Assembly (NCBI RefSeq): GCF_009914755.1 | Contig: NC_060930.1 | Length of the DNA stretch: 64,000 nucleotides | Source: the human T2T-CHM13v2.0 reference genome, Homo sapiens | Direction: 5' to 3' (one strand) | In this document: positions 15,434 through 33,290 of the stretch, in pieces | Layout of the letters: every line of letters begins with the position of its first letter | How positions within the stretch are numbered: position 1 is the stretch's first letter | Notes under the pieces: model-generated | What the model was told of the DNA's origin: nothing | The model's input: the letters and a program-made list of their open reading frames with translations, nothing else | Database searches by the model: none | Position numbers and translations under genes: made by a program

Positions 15434-15948
15434 TGTGGCAGATTGTATTTTCCAAGATAGCCTCATTAAGATCTCCCACCTCTCATCTTACAGCATGATG
15501 CTGACTTTCCACTCATCAAGATGTGGGATGTTTTTTCCCTCACCTTGACTCTCACAGACTTGTGAAAACAGTAGAGGTGTTGCTACTTGACTTCCAAGGG
15601 TAGGTCATATAAGACAACCAGCTTTCTCCTGGTTCTCTGGGGATGCTTATTCTTGGAATACAGCCAGCATGCTCTGAGGAAACCCAGATCACAAGTATAG
15701 GCTATGTTTAGGTGTTCTAGCCAATAGACCTAGTTGAGGTTCCTCCTGACAGCCAGATCCAGCACCAGACTCACAAGAAAGCTTTGGAGATGATTATTGT
15801 CCCCATCATCATCTGGCTGTAATGACGAGAGACCCAGCTTGAGAACACCTAGCAGAACCTGGTCAACCCAGAAACATGAGAGACAATAACATGATTATTG
15901 TTGTTTTAAGTTATCAGGCTTTGGGTCAGCAACAGGTAACTGGAACAG
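15434..15948 (+). mobile_element. MLT1 (F/G/H-like) MaLR solo LTR
   Basis: Starts TGTGGCAGATTGTATTTTCCAAGAT and ends TTGTTGTTTTAAG...GCAACAGGTAACTGGAACA. Confidence 0.65.
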
Positions 15949-17070
15949 CTACAGCTGTATTTTATATTCTTAAGTTTTATTGACTCAGCATTCTGTCAGA
16001 AGTTCAATTTTAATTTGTTGAATGATTTTAAATATTTTAAAATAAAAATAGAATTTAGTTTATTATGGTTATATATTAATGAATGCAACGTAATAAAGAA
16101 TAAAGAAATGAGACTAAGTACCTAGGGGAGGAAATGCATGCTTGTCACTAAGTTCCTGAAACCCAAAAATGAATGTCTCAAACACAAAGGTCTGGTAAAT
16201 TCTCTGCTAATATTTTTATAGTTGTAATCAGCTATCATTCTTCTTGTACCTGAAGACTTCCTCTTTTTATGGCCCTTTTTTATTTTCCATTTTTCTTCCT
16301 TACTGTCCTTACTTTTTTTAAGTAAATTTTTTTAGAAATTAAATTACTTAAGGAATTTACTTTTCTTATGTAACTTTTTTATTAGGAATAAATGAGTGGA
16401 AATATTCTGGGTTATATACTTTTAAATGTTTTTATTTTATACTCTTGCTTTCTTGATAGAGTGGCTTGATATGAAAATTTAAGTTTAAAATATGTTTTTA
16501 ATTGAAGACATTGTATTTTTTCTCATGTCCTCTATTAGTCATTAATTGATCTTAATTTCTTTGTATGTAAGCTATTTCTTGATCTCTAATGGGTGTTGGA
16601 AATTTTTTTCTTTTCGGTAGATTTTAATTTTTCACCTAAAAGCATTTAGATGTAGGTATCTCTTAGTCTATCCCTTTTGGCAATTGGGAGTCCTTTCAAT
16701 TTGAAGAACTATGTCTTACGGCAGCTTGGAAAAATATATATATATGTATACTTGATTGATTTCTACCATCTCTTTTCTCTGCTTCTGGATATTTTATAAA
16801 ATGATCTCCAAGATCTATCATTTCTCTTTTACTTTCTCTCATGCTTTAATATCTGTCTTTAGCTTTGCATTTGGGGAGTTCTTTGTGTTTATGTTGTAGA
16901 TCACTAGCTTGGTTTTTTAGCCTAACCCATTGTATTATTTAGTTTATTCATTTGTTTTGTCTCATTGTTGGAGATAATATTTGTCATTTTTGTCTTGATA
17001 TCTAATCGTTTATTTTTAGGAACAAGTTGTTTTTAATTTGTTGATATCTCAAATCTCTGTAAAAATACCC

Positions 17071-17284
17071 TGTGTTTCTTAAGAGAATTCCCCCCAATCC
17101 CAAGATATTTGGCAACATCTGGAGACATTTTTGCTCATCACAATTGTGAGGGTTGCTACTGTTATCTGGTGGGTTGAGGCCACGAAAGCTACTAAATAGC
17201 TAATAATTAATTCCTAGGACAGCCCCCTGTAAAAAAGAATTATCTGGCCCTGAAAGTCAACAGTGGCAATGTTGGGAAGCCCTG
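17071..17284 (+). mobile_element. MER20 hAT-Charlie MITE
   Basis: ATTTGGCAACATCTGGAGACATTTTTG...GGACAGCCCCC...AAAGAATTATCTGGCCC...GGGAAGCCCTG matches the recalled MER20 consensus. Confidence 0.8.
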
Positions 17285-17793
17285 GAATATAACTATTAGA
17301 AATATGAAAAATTCTCATTATTCCATATATCACTTTTGATTCCTCTGGATTTGATGGATATATTTTCTTCTTTCTTTTATTTTGTGGTTTTTCTTCCCCC
17401 AAATATGTGTTGATCTTAGCTCCTAGTTCTCAACATGTACAAAGTTGAGTCATAGAATTTTCTCTCTGGTTGTGTTTACCTATTTTCCCAAGAGCTTCTC
17501 CTTTAAATGAGAGGGCCAACCACTGATTTCTCTTAGAGAGCAGGGTCATGTCAACAAATCAATACCACTGTAGGGTGCTTAGGTATGGAGCAGGTAGGCT
17601 AGAGATCCCTTCAATTATCAAATTAAGAAGAGTTTTACTCTGGAGATAAAGTATTTTACTGTATTTCACTACTAGATGAAATTTTTGTTTTCTTCTTTTA
17701 CTTGATATTTTCTTGGTGTCTGAAGTAAATGTCTGGAGCTATTTCTTTTTTTTTTTTTTTTTCAGTCATTATTTGTTTGTACAGCTGTGTGAA

Positions 17794-17965
17794 TTTTTTT
17801 TTTTTTATTATTATACTCTAAGTTTTAGGGTACATGTGCACATTGTGCAGGTTAGTTACATATGTATACATGTGCCATGCTGGTGCACTGCACCCACTAA
17901 TGTGTCATCTAGCATTAGGTATATCTCCCAATGCTATCCCTCCCCCCTCCCCCGACCCCACCACA
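17794..17965 (-). mobile_element. 5'-truncated L1HS-Ta 3' end (~170 bp)
   Basis: Minus strand reads ...GCATTGGGAGATATACCTAATGCTAGATGACACATTAGTGGGTGCAG...CTAAAACTTAGAGTATAATAAT(A)13, with both Ta diagnostics (ACA at 17901-17903, G at 17818). Confidence 0.92.
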
Positions 17966-18527
17966 TCCTTCTCTACTTCTCTCTCAGGCCAAAACTCATT
18001 CTAGAATACCTCTCCAGACAAGTGTTAGGTTCTAGCTTGGAGGCAAATACTACTGCTGTCAGCCATATCATCTGCATATATTCCAGAGGAGGAGAAAGGA
18101 AAAGGTCTCTCTAGGCCCAGCTATTAATAAAGCAGTTGTTTAATTAATTAATTTCCATGATGATTCCCAGGACCCTCTCCTATTCTTTGTGTTGATGTCA
18201 TTGAGTTTAGAATTTCTCATGGGCTCCATCAGGATTGATTGCTCTCACTTCTGGAATCTTGGCTTGAATTCTTCTGCTCTGTTTTCTCCATTAATCCCAT
18301 TCCACCTACTTTTTGGTTTCCAGGGTTTGTTAAAACTTTCTGGTCCACTGGTAGCACTTTTTTCTGTTTCCCAACACCATTATTGTATTTTAAAATGCTG
18401 ATCCTAACCATTTTGATGAAACAGTGTGCAAGAGGAGAAATAAACATGGAAACCAGAAGCTACCCTGAATCAATCATACATCCCAACTTTCATAGATGTT
18501 TGTCACTTTTTCATTGTTAGCCCCCCT

Positions 18528-19200
18528 GTATTAGATCATGTTCCCTGGTAGCACATCTTGAGCATGTCTTCTGCAAGTGATTTATTGACAAATGCTCCTA
18601 GGGAAATGGTATGGGAATACAGGGAGCAGGATGGGGGAGGAGGAGGAAAAATGCCAAGTCTGAAAGGCAGAAAACTGCCACACCAAAAGACGTCCAAGTC
18701 CTAATCTCTGGAACTTGTAAATACATTACCTTACATGGCAAAATGTACCTTACAGCTGTGAATAAATTAAAGATCTTGAGATAGTGAGATAATCCTGGAT
18801 TAGCCAGGTAGCCCAAATTTAATCACAAGGGCCCTTAAAAGTGAAAGAAGGAAGCAGGAGTATCAGAGACTGAGAAAGAGTTGAAGATACTATGTTGCTG
18901 GCCTTGAAGATGAAGCAAAGAGCCACAACACAGAAAGCATATGGCTTCTAGAAGATGGAAGGCAAGGATGGCAAGGATGTGATTCTTTCTGAGAACCTTC
19001 AAAAGGAATCCAGCACTATCAACACTTTGATTTTAGCCCAAAGGAACTAATTTTGGACTTCTCAGGCAAAGTCCATGGGAGAACATCTTTGACCTGATCC
19101 CGCACGAGAGTCCTATGGTGTAAGTACTGCCTCAGAGTTGTCCCACTGATGACAAGGGGTTCAGACTTTAATACTGACCCACCTATATATTTTCTGGTTA
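18528..19200. mobile_element. ERVL LTR (LTR16-like) interrupted by an MLT1D-like LTR (~18661-19063, +)
   Basis: MLT1D-type CAAAAGACGTCCAAGTCCTAATCTCTGGAACTTGTAAATACATTACCTTACATGGCAAAA; flanks carry GCAAGTGATTTATT...GGAAGCAGGA-type LTR16 motifs. Confidence 0.6.
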
Positions 19201-21126
19201 TAGTTAAATTCCCAGGTATTTCTGGCTCTCCACCTGAAGTTGGGAGAGCACACGATTGTCAAAAGGGATTCAGAGCTCTGAAATGAGCAGTGACATTATT
19301 CGCTAGGCCTCTCTTCACCTAATCTTCCTTTTAGATACTCAGCTATTATATATTCAGAATCATAGAGAGGCGATGCATCTCTAAATGTCCATTTCCAAGC
19401 CTAGATCTCCAGCAACCAACTGATTCTCTATAACCCTACTTTCCAGTTTTCTATCCAAAAGAGTTTTATCTTGACTAAAATACAATCCATTTCTATTCCT
19501 TGCACCATAAAATATGAACAACAAAGAAAATGTGGGGTGGGAAATCATTCTTCAGAGAAATGAAATGAAGTAGAAGGCAGCAAAAGTCTTTTTCCAAGGT
19601 GGGAATCAAACAGCTTATACCATGAAGTGATGACACCTGATTAAAGATATAATCAAAGGTCGTGAGTAATACAGTGTCCTAGAGAGGAAAATATCTGGGC
19701 TATTGTGAGTCTGGTGCCAGAAAACAGTATAAATGGTATTAAAAAATCAAAGGCTAAGAGATGGATAATTAATTCTGGATTTGAAAAGTTAACAAAAAAA
19801 GATACTCATTTAAATACTAAGTATTAAGCTCAAGGCAAAATTCCAATAACACCCATTTTGATGTCTGAATCTCTGCCCTTAACCTAATAAATGAAACAAC
19901 CTAAAAGAAGTTATTTAACTAATGCATCCTTTTGCCTACTAATGCGTTTATAATTTGATTATGTCTATAAAATGTTGGCACCTGTCCGGATGCTAGAAAT
20001 AAAGAAAAATAGTACTGTGCGTATTCACAAACAATCTTTGCCTTCAGATAGCTTATAGTCTCATAGTGTAGGACACTTATAAGAACCTAAATATAAAATA
20101 TACATATATCTTTGTAAACATAAGATATTAAATATATTATTTGAGTTCTTTGATTTCATTATAAGTCTTATAATAACGTAATTCTTGCAATTAGATTATT
20201 AGAGATAAGCAGGTTCAACAGGTGCTATGGTTGATTAAATAGTTATCTTGAAAATTTAGGACCGACAAAATGCCCAATCTAACTCACAGATTTCTTCCTA
20301 CCGACACACTCTTCCTGATTTTACAAAGACGTTTCCTTCAGTTTTTGTTTGAGAAACTAGATTACATATCATCTTCACCATAAAAAAAGTAATCAGATCA
20401 ATGTGGTAGTTAAATACATAAACATTTAACCAGCTGTTTATTATTTCACCTATCTTTCATTTTACTCATATTAATATAAAATTCAGACAATTGTGTAATG
20501 AGAATTCAAGACTCTCATTGGTATAAGAAATGAGCTTGAAATTTAATTTTCATATTGACACTTTATATAATCTTAGATTTGGAATTGTTGGTTTGAAAAT
20601 AAGATTCCATTGACAAAATAAAACTATTTTGCTATCCTAGAAACTATTCTAACTTATATTATAATTAAATAACACAATCAAGTTGTATCTATTTATGGTA
20701 ATTGAGTAATTAAGTTATATTTCTTTGTAAGAATTTCCCCCGAAGATACTCAAATTTAAATCTTTAAGATATTTATGCTTAATTTTCCTAGGTTTGAAAT
20801 TGTATCCACAGATTTTGTGGTAAAATGGAAGTTTTAGCAGCCTAACAGAATGCTGATAAATTGGCTCTATGTCTCTGGTTTGTCAATTTAGTTGCTGAAA
20901 TCTAGAAGACAGCAATCATGATTCAACTAGATTGACCCTTTTCGTAAGCCAAAATTACTTCAGTCAAAATTTTAAAATGTTAATATATGATTTTTAAAAG
21001 ATCCTCATCAACATTCAAGACTAATTGAAACGATTAATATAATCCAATGACCAATATTTTATAGGTCTTTCTCTATTGCTTTTGAAATACTTCTCTTAAG
21101 GATTTGTAGTATTCTTCCTCTGCTAA

Positions 21127-21471
<345 letters not shown>

Positions 21472-24200
21472 TATGGCACTTATTAACTCACTTTTCATTG
21501 GTTTTATGTGGCATACAGAACTTTTAGCCAATTATCAATAGTTTATTAGTTTATCATTGCTGCTCCTGTTTCAGAAGTTTGTTGGTTTTTTTGTTTTGTT
21601 TTGTTTTTTGTAGCAGCTAATGTTGTTTTTGCCATGGAGCTACAGACACAATGCCATTGGTTGGACTTTTATAAGGAAGAACATAGCTAGGGGTTCAAAC
21701 TCAATATTACAGAAAGTAAATCCTTCAGGATCAAGTCTTGGCCAAGAAAAGTCCAGTAACTGACCCCATTTGTATCTCCATATTACCCAACTGTACAAAA
21801 TCTCTTCTCCACTGAATAGTTTCCAAATTTCCTGTTATCAAATGTATCAGTTTCAATTTGTATCTGAAGTTTGTAACTTCATATTTAGTCTTCATTTTAT
21901 TGACACTGAAATCTATTACTTGAGGTAAGATGAAACACTGAATTAATGATCTCACCCTTACAACTTCCCAGACATAAACATACTGAGAGCAGAACCAATC
22001 AAGAATGACACCTAGTGATACATGGTATTTGGTTTTTTAAGGATAATAGAGAAGAGACAAAAGGAATTTCTGGCCTCAGAGACCCATGCAGACATTCCTA
22101 AACTGGACTAGCAAGAAATATGAGACTTCCAATTACCTGAGAGGGAAGGAATCTGAATTGGTATGCTGTTCTAAGAAAAAATTATTATCTTAGCAAGAGG
22201 GCTAGGGGCAGACAAAGAGGGACATAGTCTTTCTATTCTACATATTTTCCAGGACCAGCCCTTGAAGGATGTCACCAAGTGAATACTTTCCTAATGGATT
22301 TCTTTCACTATAGTATACTCTTCCAGAAAAATTTCCAGTTATAAGTGTTTTGAGTTTGTAAATGAAGTTTTAATCTTATATCTCTCACCCAAAAAATAAT
22401 CAGTCATGTCAAAAATAACCTTATGTTACTTAAAACATAAACAGCCAACAAACAGTCAAATAACTGTATAATACAACTATACAGGTAAGAAACAGATATC
22501 TGTATATATGAATATATAGTTGTATACAGGTACACAAATTATAAAACAAAATATATTAGCTAGTAAGAGACAATATCTAAGTCTCAGGATTTTTCTACCA
22601 TGTAATTAAATTATAAACTCTCCTTTTTCCCCCAAGATCTTTACTAAGTATTTACTTAAAAAGAAATTTTAAAAATATTTTTGGGAAATAATTTAATCTT
22701 TAGGTCCCCCAAAGTGACATTTTGAGAACTTTCAACAGAAACACATTAGTTGTTCTTAATTGCCATAAGTACTCATGGAAGATAAAGTACATGATATAGG
22801 ACTATACATTTACTTTCTGCAAAATTAAAGAATAAGAGATAATGTGAAAGTAGTTTCAACTGTAAGTAAATGTTGTTGGTTTAAAGAATATTATAATAAT
22901 CACTTCTGATTTGACAACCATAATGAAATTTACTTGATATGAACAGCAAAATTAACTTTAGTTTCTTCCTCTTTTATTATAAATGTAATATGGACTGTCA
23001 TCTTAAAAGTAGATCTTGAGTTTCATTCCTATGGAAAAATAAACATATATTTATTCTAGAAATAAGCTGTAAAATACATTGATCTCTGTGCTTGCCCAGA
23101 GCTAACATTGCTGAGAAATGAGAGCATAGTAATATTTACATTGAGAGCCTTTCTTATATCAACAAAGTGTCAGTCGGTGGAGCCAAGATGGCCGAATAGG
23201 AACAGCTCCAGTCTACAGCTCCCAGTGTGAGCGATGCAGAATACAGGTGATTTCTGCATTTCCAACTGGGGTACCAGGTTCATCTCACTGGGGAGTGCCG
23301 GACAGTGGGTGCAGGACAGTGGGTGCAGTGCACCGTGCATGAATTGAAGCAGGGCGAGGCATTGCCTCACCCAGGAAGCACAAGGGGTCAGAGAATTCCC
23401 TTTCCTAGTCAAAGAAAGGGGTGACAGACGGCACCTGGAAAATCAGGTCACTCCCACCCTAATACTGCGCTTTTCCAAAGGGCTTAACAAATGGCACACC
23501 AGGAGATTATATCCCGCACCTGGCTCGGAGGGTCCTACATCCACAGAGCCTCGCTCATTGCTAGCAGAGCAGTCTGAGATCAAACTTCAAGGCAGCAGAG
23601 AGGCTAGGGAAAGGGTGCCTGCCATTGCCGAGGCTTGAGTAGGTAAACAAAGCAGCCGGGAAGCTTAAACTGCGTGAAGCCCACCACAGCTCAAGGAGGC
23701 CTGCCTGCCTCTGTAGGCTCCACCTCTGGGGGCAGGGCATAGGCAAACAAAAGGCAGCAGTAACCTCTGCAGACTTAAATGTCCCTGTCTGACAGCTTTG
23801 AAGAAAGTAGTGGTTCTCCCAGCATGCAGCTTGAGATCTGAGAAAAGACAGACTGCCTCCTCAAGTGGGTCCCTGACCCCTGAGCAGCCTAACTGGGAGG
23901 CACCCCCCAGTAGGGGCACACTGACATCTCACACGACCAGGTACTCCTCTAAGACAAAACTTCCAGAGGAACGATCAGGCAGCAGCATTTGCAGTTCACC
24001 AATATCTGCTGTTCTGCAGCCACCACTGCTGATACCCAGGCAAACAGGGTCTGGAGTGGACCTCCAGCAAACTCCAACAGACCTGCAGCTGAGGGTCCTG
24101 ACTGTTAGAAGGAAAACTAACAAACAGAAAGGACATACACACCAAAAACCCATCTGTACATCACCATCATCAAAGACCAAAGGTAGATAAAACCACAAAG

Positions 24201-25216
24201 ATGGGGAAAAAACAGAGCAGAAAAACAGGAAACTCTAAAAATCAGAGCGCCTCTCCTCCTCCAAAGGAATGCAGCTCCTCACCAGCAACAGAACAAAGAT
24301 GGATGGAGAATGACTTTGATGAGTTGAGAGAAGAAGGCTTCAGAAGATCAAACTACTCCAAGCTAAAGTAGTAAGTTTGAACCAATGGCAAAGAAGTTAA
24401 AAACCTTGAAAAAAATTAGACGAATGGCTAACTAGAATAACCAATGCAGAGAAGTCCTTAAAGGACCTGATGGAGCTGAAAACCACGGCATGAGAACTAC
24501 GTGATGAATGCACAAGCATCAGTAGCCGATGCGATCAACTGGAAGAAAGGGTATCAGTGATGGAAGATGAAATGAATGAAATGAAGCATGAAGAGAAGTT
24601 TAGAGAAAAAAAGAATAAAAAGAAATGAACAAAGCCTCCAAGAAATAAGGGACTAGTGAAAAGACCAAATCTATGTCTGATTGGTGTACCTGAAAGTGAC
24701 GGGGAGAATGGAACCAAGTTGGAAAACACCCTGCAGGATATTACCCAGGAGAACTTCCCCAATCTAGCAAGGCAGGCCAACATTCAGATTCAGGAAATAC
24801 AGAGAATGCCACAAAGATACTCCTCGAGAAGAGCAACTCCAAGACACATAATCGTCAGATTCACCAAAGTTGAAATGAAGGAAAAAATGGTAAGGGTAGC
24901 CAAAGAGAAAGGTCAGGTTACCCACAAAGGGAAGCCCATCAGACTAACAGCTGGTCTCCCAGCAGAAACTCTACAAGCCAGAAGAGAGTGGGGGCCAATA
25001 TTCAACGTTCTTAAAGAAAAGAATTTTCAACCCAGAATTTCACATCCAGCCAACCTAAGCTTCATAAGTGAAGGAGAAATAAAATCCTTTACAGACAAGC
25101 AAATGCTGAGAGATTTTGTCACCACCAGGCCTGCATTACAAGAGCTCCTGAAGGAAGCACAAAACATGGAAAGGAACAACTGGTACCAGCCACTGCAAAA
25201 ACATGCCAAATTATAA
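24201..25216 (+). pseudogene. L1 ORF1p (disrupted)
   Basis: ATGGGGAAAAAACAGAGCAG start; in-frame TAG TAA near 24369 and frameshifts; C-terminal part translates as KRPNLCLIGVPESDGENGTKLENTLQD...MERNNWYQPLQKHAKL. Confidence 0.9.
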
Positions 25217-25279
25217 AGACCATCAAGGTTAGGAAGAAACTGCATCAACGAATGAGCAAAATAACCAGCTAACATCATA

Positions 25280-29104
<3,825 letters not shown>

Positions 29105-31616
29105 ACAATGAGAACAAATGGACACAGGAAGGGGAACATCACACACCGGGGACTGTTGTGGGGTGGGGGGAGGGGGAAGGGATAGCATTAGGAGATATAC
29201 CTAATGCTAAATGATGAGTTAATGGGTGCAGCACACCAACATGGCACATGTATACATATGTAACCAACCTGCACGTTGTGCACATGTACCCTAAAACTTA
29301 AAGTATAATATTAATAAAATTAAAAAAAAAAACAAAAAAAGAAAAACAGTGTCTTTCACCACTGACAATGAGAAGAAACCTCATGAAGCAAAATAATAAC
29401 TTATGTTTATAGCTCTGTAACAGTAAGCTAAGGCCACAATAAGGCTGTGTAACAACCAACCACTAAAATCACAGCAGAATCCACAAACAATCACTTATTA
29501 CTCACAATCATACAAGTGTTTTTCAAGGATTTATTCATGTGACACCCTTCAACCTTCCATTGGATAAAGTAAGTCATGTGGTCCAGTACAAAGGCGAGGA
29601 GTGGAAAAACACACTTCACCTTTTTAGTGAGAGAAACTTCAAAGTTCAATAGCAAAGGGTATAGATGCAGGGAATGATAAACAACTGGGTCTATTAATAC
29701 AGTATACCATAAGCCTCCCTGGAGCACATAAGAGTCTCCTCCAGCTTTACCTCTGGCTGCCTTTTCTAACTCTATGGGCCCCAAGAGACATCATACTTCC
29801 CACTGTTAATTTTTATTTGCTTTTGAACGCATGTAATATCATTTCTCACTTAACGATCTTATGCAAACATTCACAATTAATTTTAATATAATCAAACCTC
29901 TCTTGATTCACAAAGGCCTCATTCAGAAAATACCTCTTTCAATCTGCCTATTTGGGGAAGTATTTTAGGAGAATGTGATGTCTGAGGCTCATTCTTTGTA
30001 GGAATGTGTGCGGTACTGCAGGCCAACATTCGAGCATCACCTTTTAATGAGGGCCTTAGTAGACACCAGTGCACAACAGTATGAATGCAATAACCGAAGA
30101 GCAAAGAATAACAAAGTGTGTTGGGAATGGATATTCTCCTACCTGGCTTCCTGTCTCCCATCCATTCTCTAATTAAAGCTAGGGTAGTATTTACACTATT
30201 TCTTTCTTTCTACATTTTCGGCTTTATTACATCACCTCATTTTTAAAAATTCTTCCTTACAGGCTATATACATGCAATGTGACAGAAGGTAAACAATGAA
30301 GATGAACAAATCTCAATAGTTTTAGCAATTACTTTGAACACATTTAGATGTTTATCCACAATTATCTAAACAATTTCTCCTCCCTGAAATTGTTTAGATT
30401 CCAATTCCAGAGTTTCTATAATGAGCTTATTACTTTCACAAGGATCCTAAGAAGAATCAAGAATAATCTTACAGTATTAGGGTTTCTGACTTCCCATCTC
30501 ATGCATTACCAAATAGCAAATAACCAATGTTTGGCTAAGAAAATGTTCAGTTTCTTTAAAATAAGTAATCTATATTTTTCAAGAATCAAGTAGCTTCATT
30601 TGAAGGTAATAAAGTACCATCTCCGTGTTCTTTTCACTGGCCTGATTAATATGGACTTGAACTGTCTGGAATTCAGGAGGAAAGTTGTGCAAACATGTTC
30701 AGGATGCTACAGAAAGACTTATCTTCAGAATATCATTATACCCTGATAATATCAGAAACTCAGGAAACTTGATCAGTTATTCAAAAAATCATCTCAAAGA
30801 TATTGTACTATTAATTCTATTATTAAAATGGCTTTCTTCAAGGCTGGTTTGTATGCAGCGAACTCTCTTAGCCAATTTGTTTGCCTTAATAACTTCTTGC
30901 TTCCTACAGTCATACTCCATGGTAAATTTTAATGGAGTTTGCGCAAGATTCTCATGCCATCAGAATTATAGCTACCATTCACTAATTTTCCTCTTTGTGC
31001 CAAGAACTATATTTGAAAATATTATTACAAATATTCACAAGAACAATCAGGTAGTTTTTGTTATTATTCTCAGTTAAAAATGAGAAAACACACTCCAGGA
31101 CACTGAGTCTTGTATGTTAGAAATCTAGGATTTTTTTTTAAATAGGTGGTAGAAAGTAACTGAAGAATTTTAAGCAAGAGAATGACATAATCCGAGTCAC
31201 ATTTTGGATAAATTATTCTGGTGGCAGAACTTAACTAATTCTTGGGTGATCTGCCATGGACAAGAATGAAAGTGGATGCTTGTTAGGAGGTCATCATACT
31301 GTAGTAAGGGTGATGAGAAACACTACAGGCTGGAATTAAGGTAGTGACATTGTTAGTGAACTTCAGCTTTTTAATTAGTTTTAATGTGTAAACTTACCCT
31401 AAGACCTTTCTCAACAGTCTTTCATGCAGCCTTTACAAATATATAATAATTGACATCCATATAAATCATTTTTGTTATTCTTGCCAAGATTTGTGGTTCC
31501 CTACTATACACATATGTTTTCACACTGCAGCCTGATTACTTGTATTAGCTACAATGGCGAATGCCCTAATGAAGAGAAGCCAAAGTAAGAAAAAAATCTC
31601 TCTCACTCTATGTATT

Positions 31617-31701
31617 TCTCTCTTTCTTTCTCTTTCTCTGTCTCTCTCTCTCTCTCTCTGTCTCTCTCTCCCTCCCCCCGCTTTCTCTCTTTCTCTCTCT
31701 C
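31617..31701 (+). repeat. (TC)n/CT-rich polypyrimidine microsatellite
   Basis: TCTCTCTTTCTTTCTCTTTCTCTGTCTCTCTCTC... seen directly. Confidence 0.9.
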
Positions 31702-32379
31702 CACTGACTGAAATATCCCACATTTCAGTAGGAGGGTAGGGAAACAGAAACAATCAACTTTTTTTATCCAAATGAAAAAAATATAGCACACAACACTTCC
31801 TCTGCCATTCTTTAGTGAGAACTTAGTTACGGCACCAGAACTAGCTGCCAGGTAAGCAGCTAGTTTCCAATAGGTCAGCTATATGTCTATAATGAAGAGA
31901 AAAAATTGATCTGAAATGACAACTGAAAGTGTACAACAAAATTCTTCCTTACGTTTTTCTGTGTCATTCTCGTAAATACTATTCTTCAATGATTTTAATT
32001 GCCGCCCAAACTTTAAACCCTTTCTCCTATTATTCATGTCCTGTTTTATCTGACTCTTTCCTACATACAGGGTATTATTTCCTGTTGCTGTCATTTAAAC
32101 CTTGTTGTTTTAGTAAAATAAATAAATAAATAAACAAATCCCCCCTTACTCCTTTCCCTTTTTTGCTTTATCCTTATATTTTCTATTAGATTGCAATGCA
32201 TTCTGACTTCCAAAAACCCTAAGCCTGCATATCTTCTAATCCCATATTTACTGTTTTTTCTGCTACAGAGCCTGACTTGATCCCGCCAACCAGAATAACC
32301 CTTCTTCCATTGAACATCTTGAGGTCTTGACATATATCACTTCATAGGTGTTAATCATTTGATTTTTAAAAAATTTAAG

Positions 32380-33290
32380 CACTTTTATTATTGAATATTG
32401 CACATATGCAAAGTAATATATAAAAATAAATGTGATAGATTGTTGCAGTAATAACCCTCAATTTGTTCGAGCCTCTTGTAGCTGTGTTTTTGTGTAATTA
32501 TCTCCCTCTGAGGTAAAAATCGCATATACATTTTTAAAAATTTATAAGATCAGATTTTTAACTATCATTTATACTAAGAAGTAGCATTATAAATATCTCC
32601 CTCACTTATTAAATACTGTGCCATAATTTTGGGATAACCATCATGAATTTTAAAATTTTTAAATCATTCCCTTGCTATCCCTTAATGTACATACATATGT
32701 GCCTAAAATATTGAGTTTTGCTTTATTTTGAGTTTATAAAAAGTATATCATACTATATGTAATCTTCTATGATATACTTTATTTCTAAAACATTATGTTG
32801 TGGGATTCATCTATAGAATTGTGACTAATTTATTTTCACTGATATATAATGTGATATATTTGTCCATTTTCTACAGATCAATATCTGTGTGACATCCGTA
32901 TTTTTAGTTATAACATACATGCCTGTATTTATTATTCTCCAAGATAAAGAGTTTTGTCATAAACCTTCTCACATAATTTCTAGGTTCAGATCTCCAGAAG
33001 TGTTCCAAGGTAAAAATTTAGGAGAGGAATCCCTAGGTGGTAGGTATGTGAATGTTCTTCTTAACATTATTATATTAATGGCTTTCAAAATTATTTTACC
33101 AATTTATACTCCCACCAGCAACATAATAATGCATAATAATATTTTCTTCAACCATGTTAAAACATTCTTTAAAAATTATTTGCCAATCCAGTGTGTATTG
33201 TGACATTACTTTGGTATTTATTTGTCTTTTCATAAATGTTAGTGGAGTTGAACATTGTTTTATATATTATTTGGCCATAACTGGCTTGAT
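32380..33290 (-). mobile_element. Ancient L1ME-like fragment
   Basis: TTTTACCAATTTATACTCCCACCAGCAAC, GTGGAGTTGAACATTGTTTTATATATTATTTGGCCAT: antisense L1 ORF2-end motifs. Confidence 0.55.

Noticed and set aside
23587-23625. L1 antisense ORF0
   Set aside because: The ATG is present (23625) but reads MAGTLSLASLLP then TGA after 12 codons, so it is not intact
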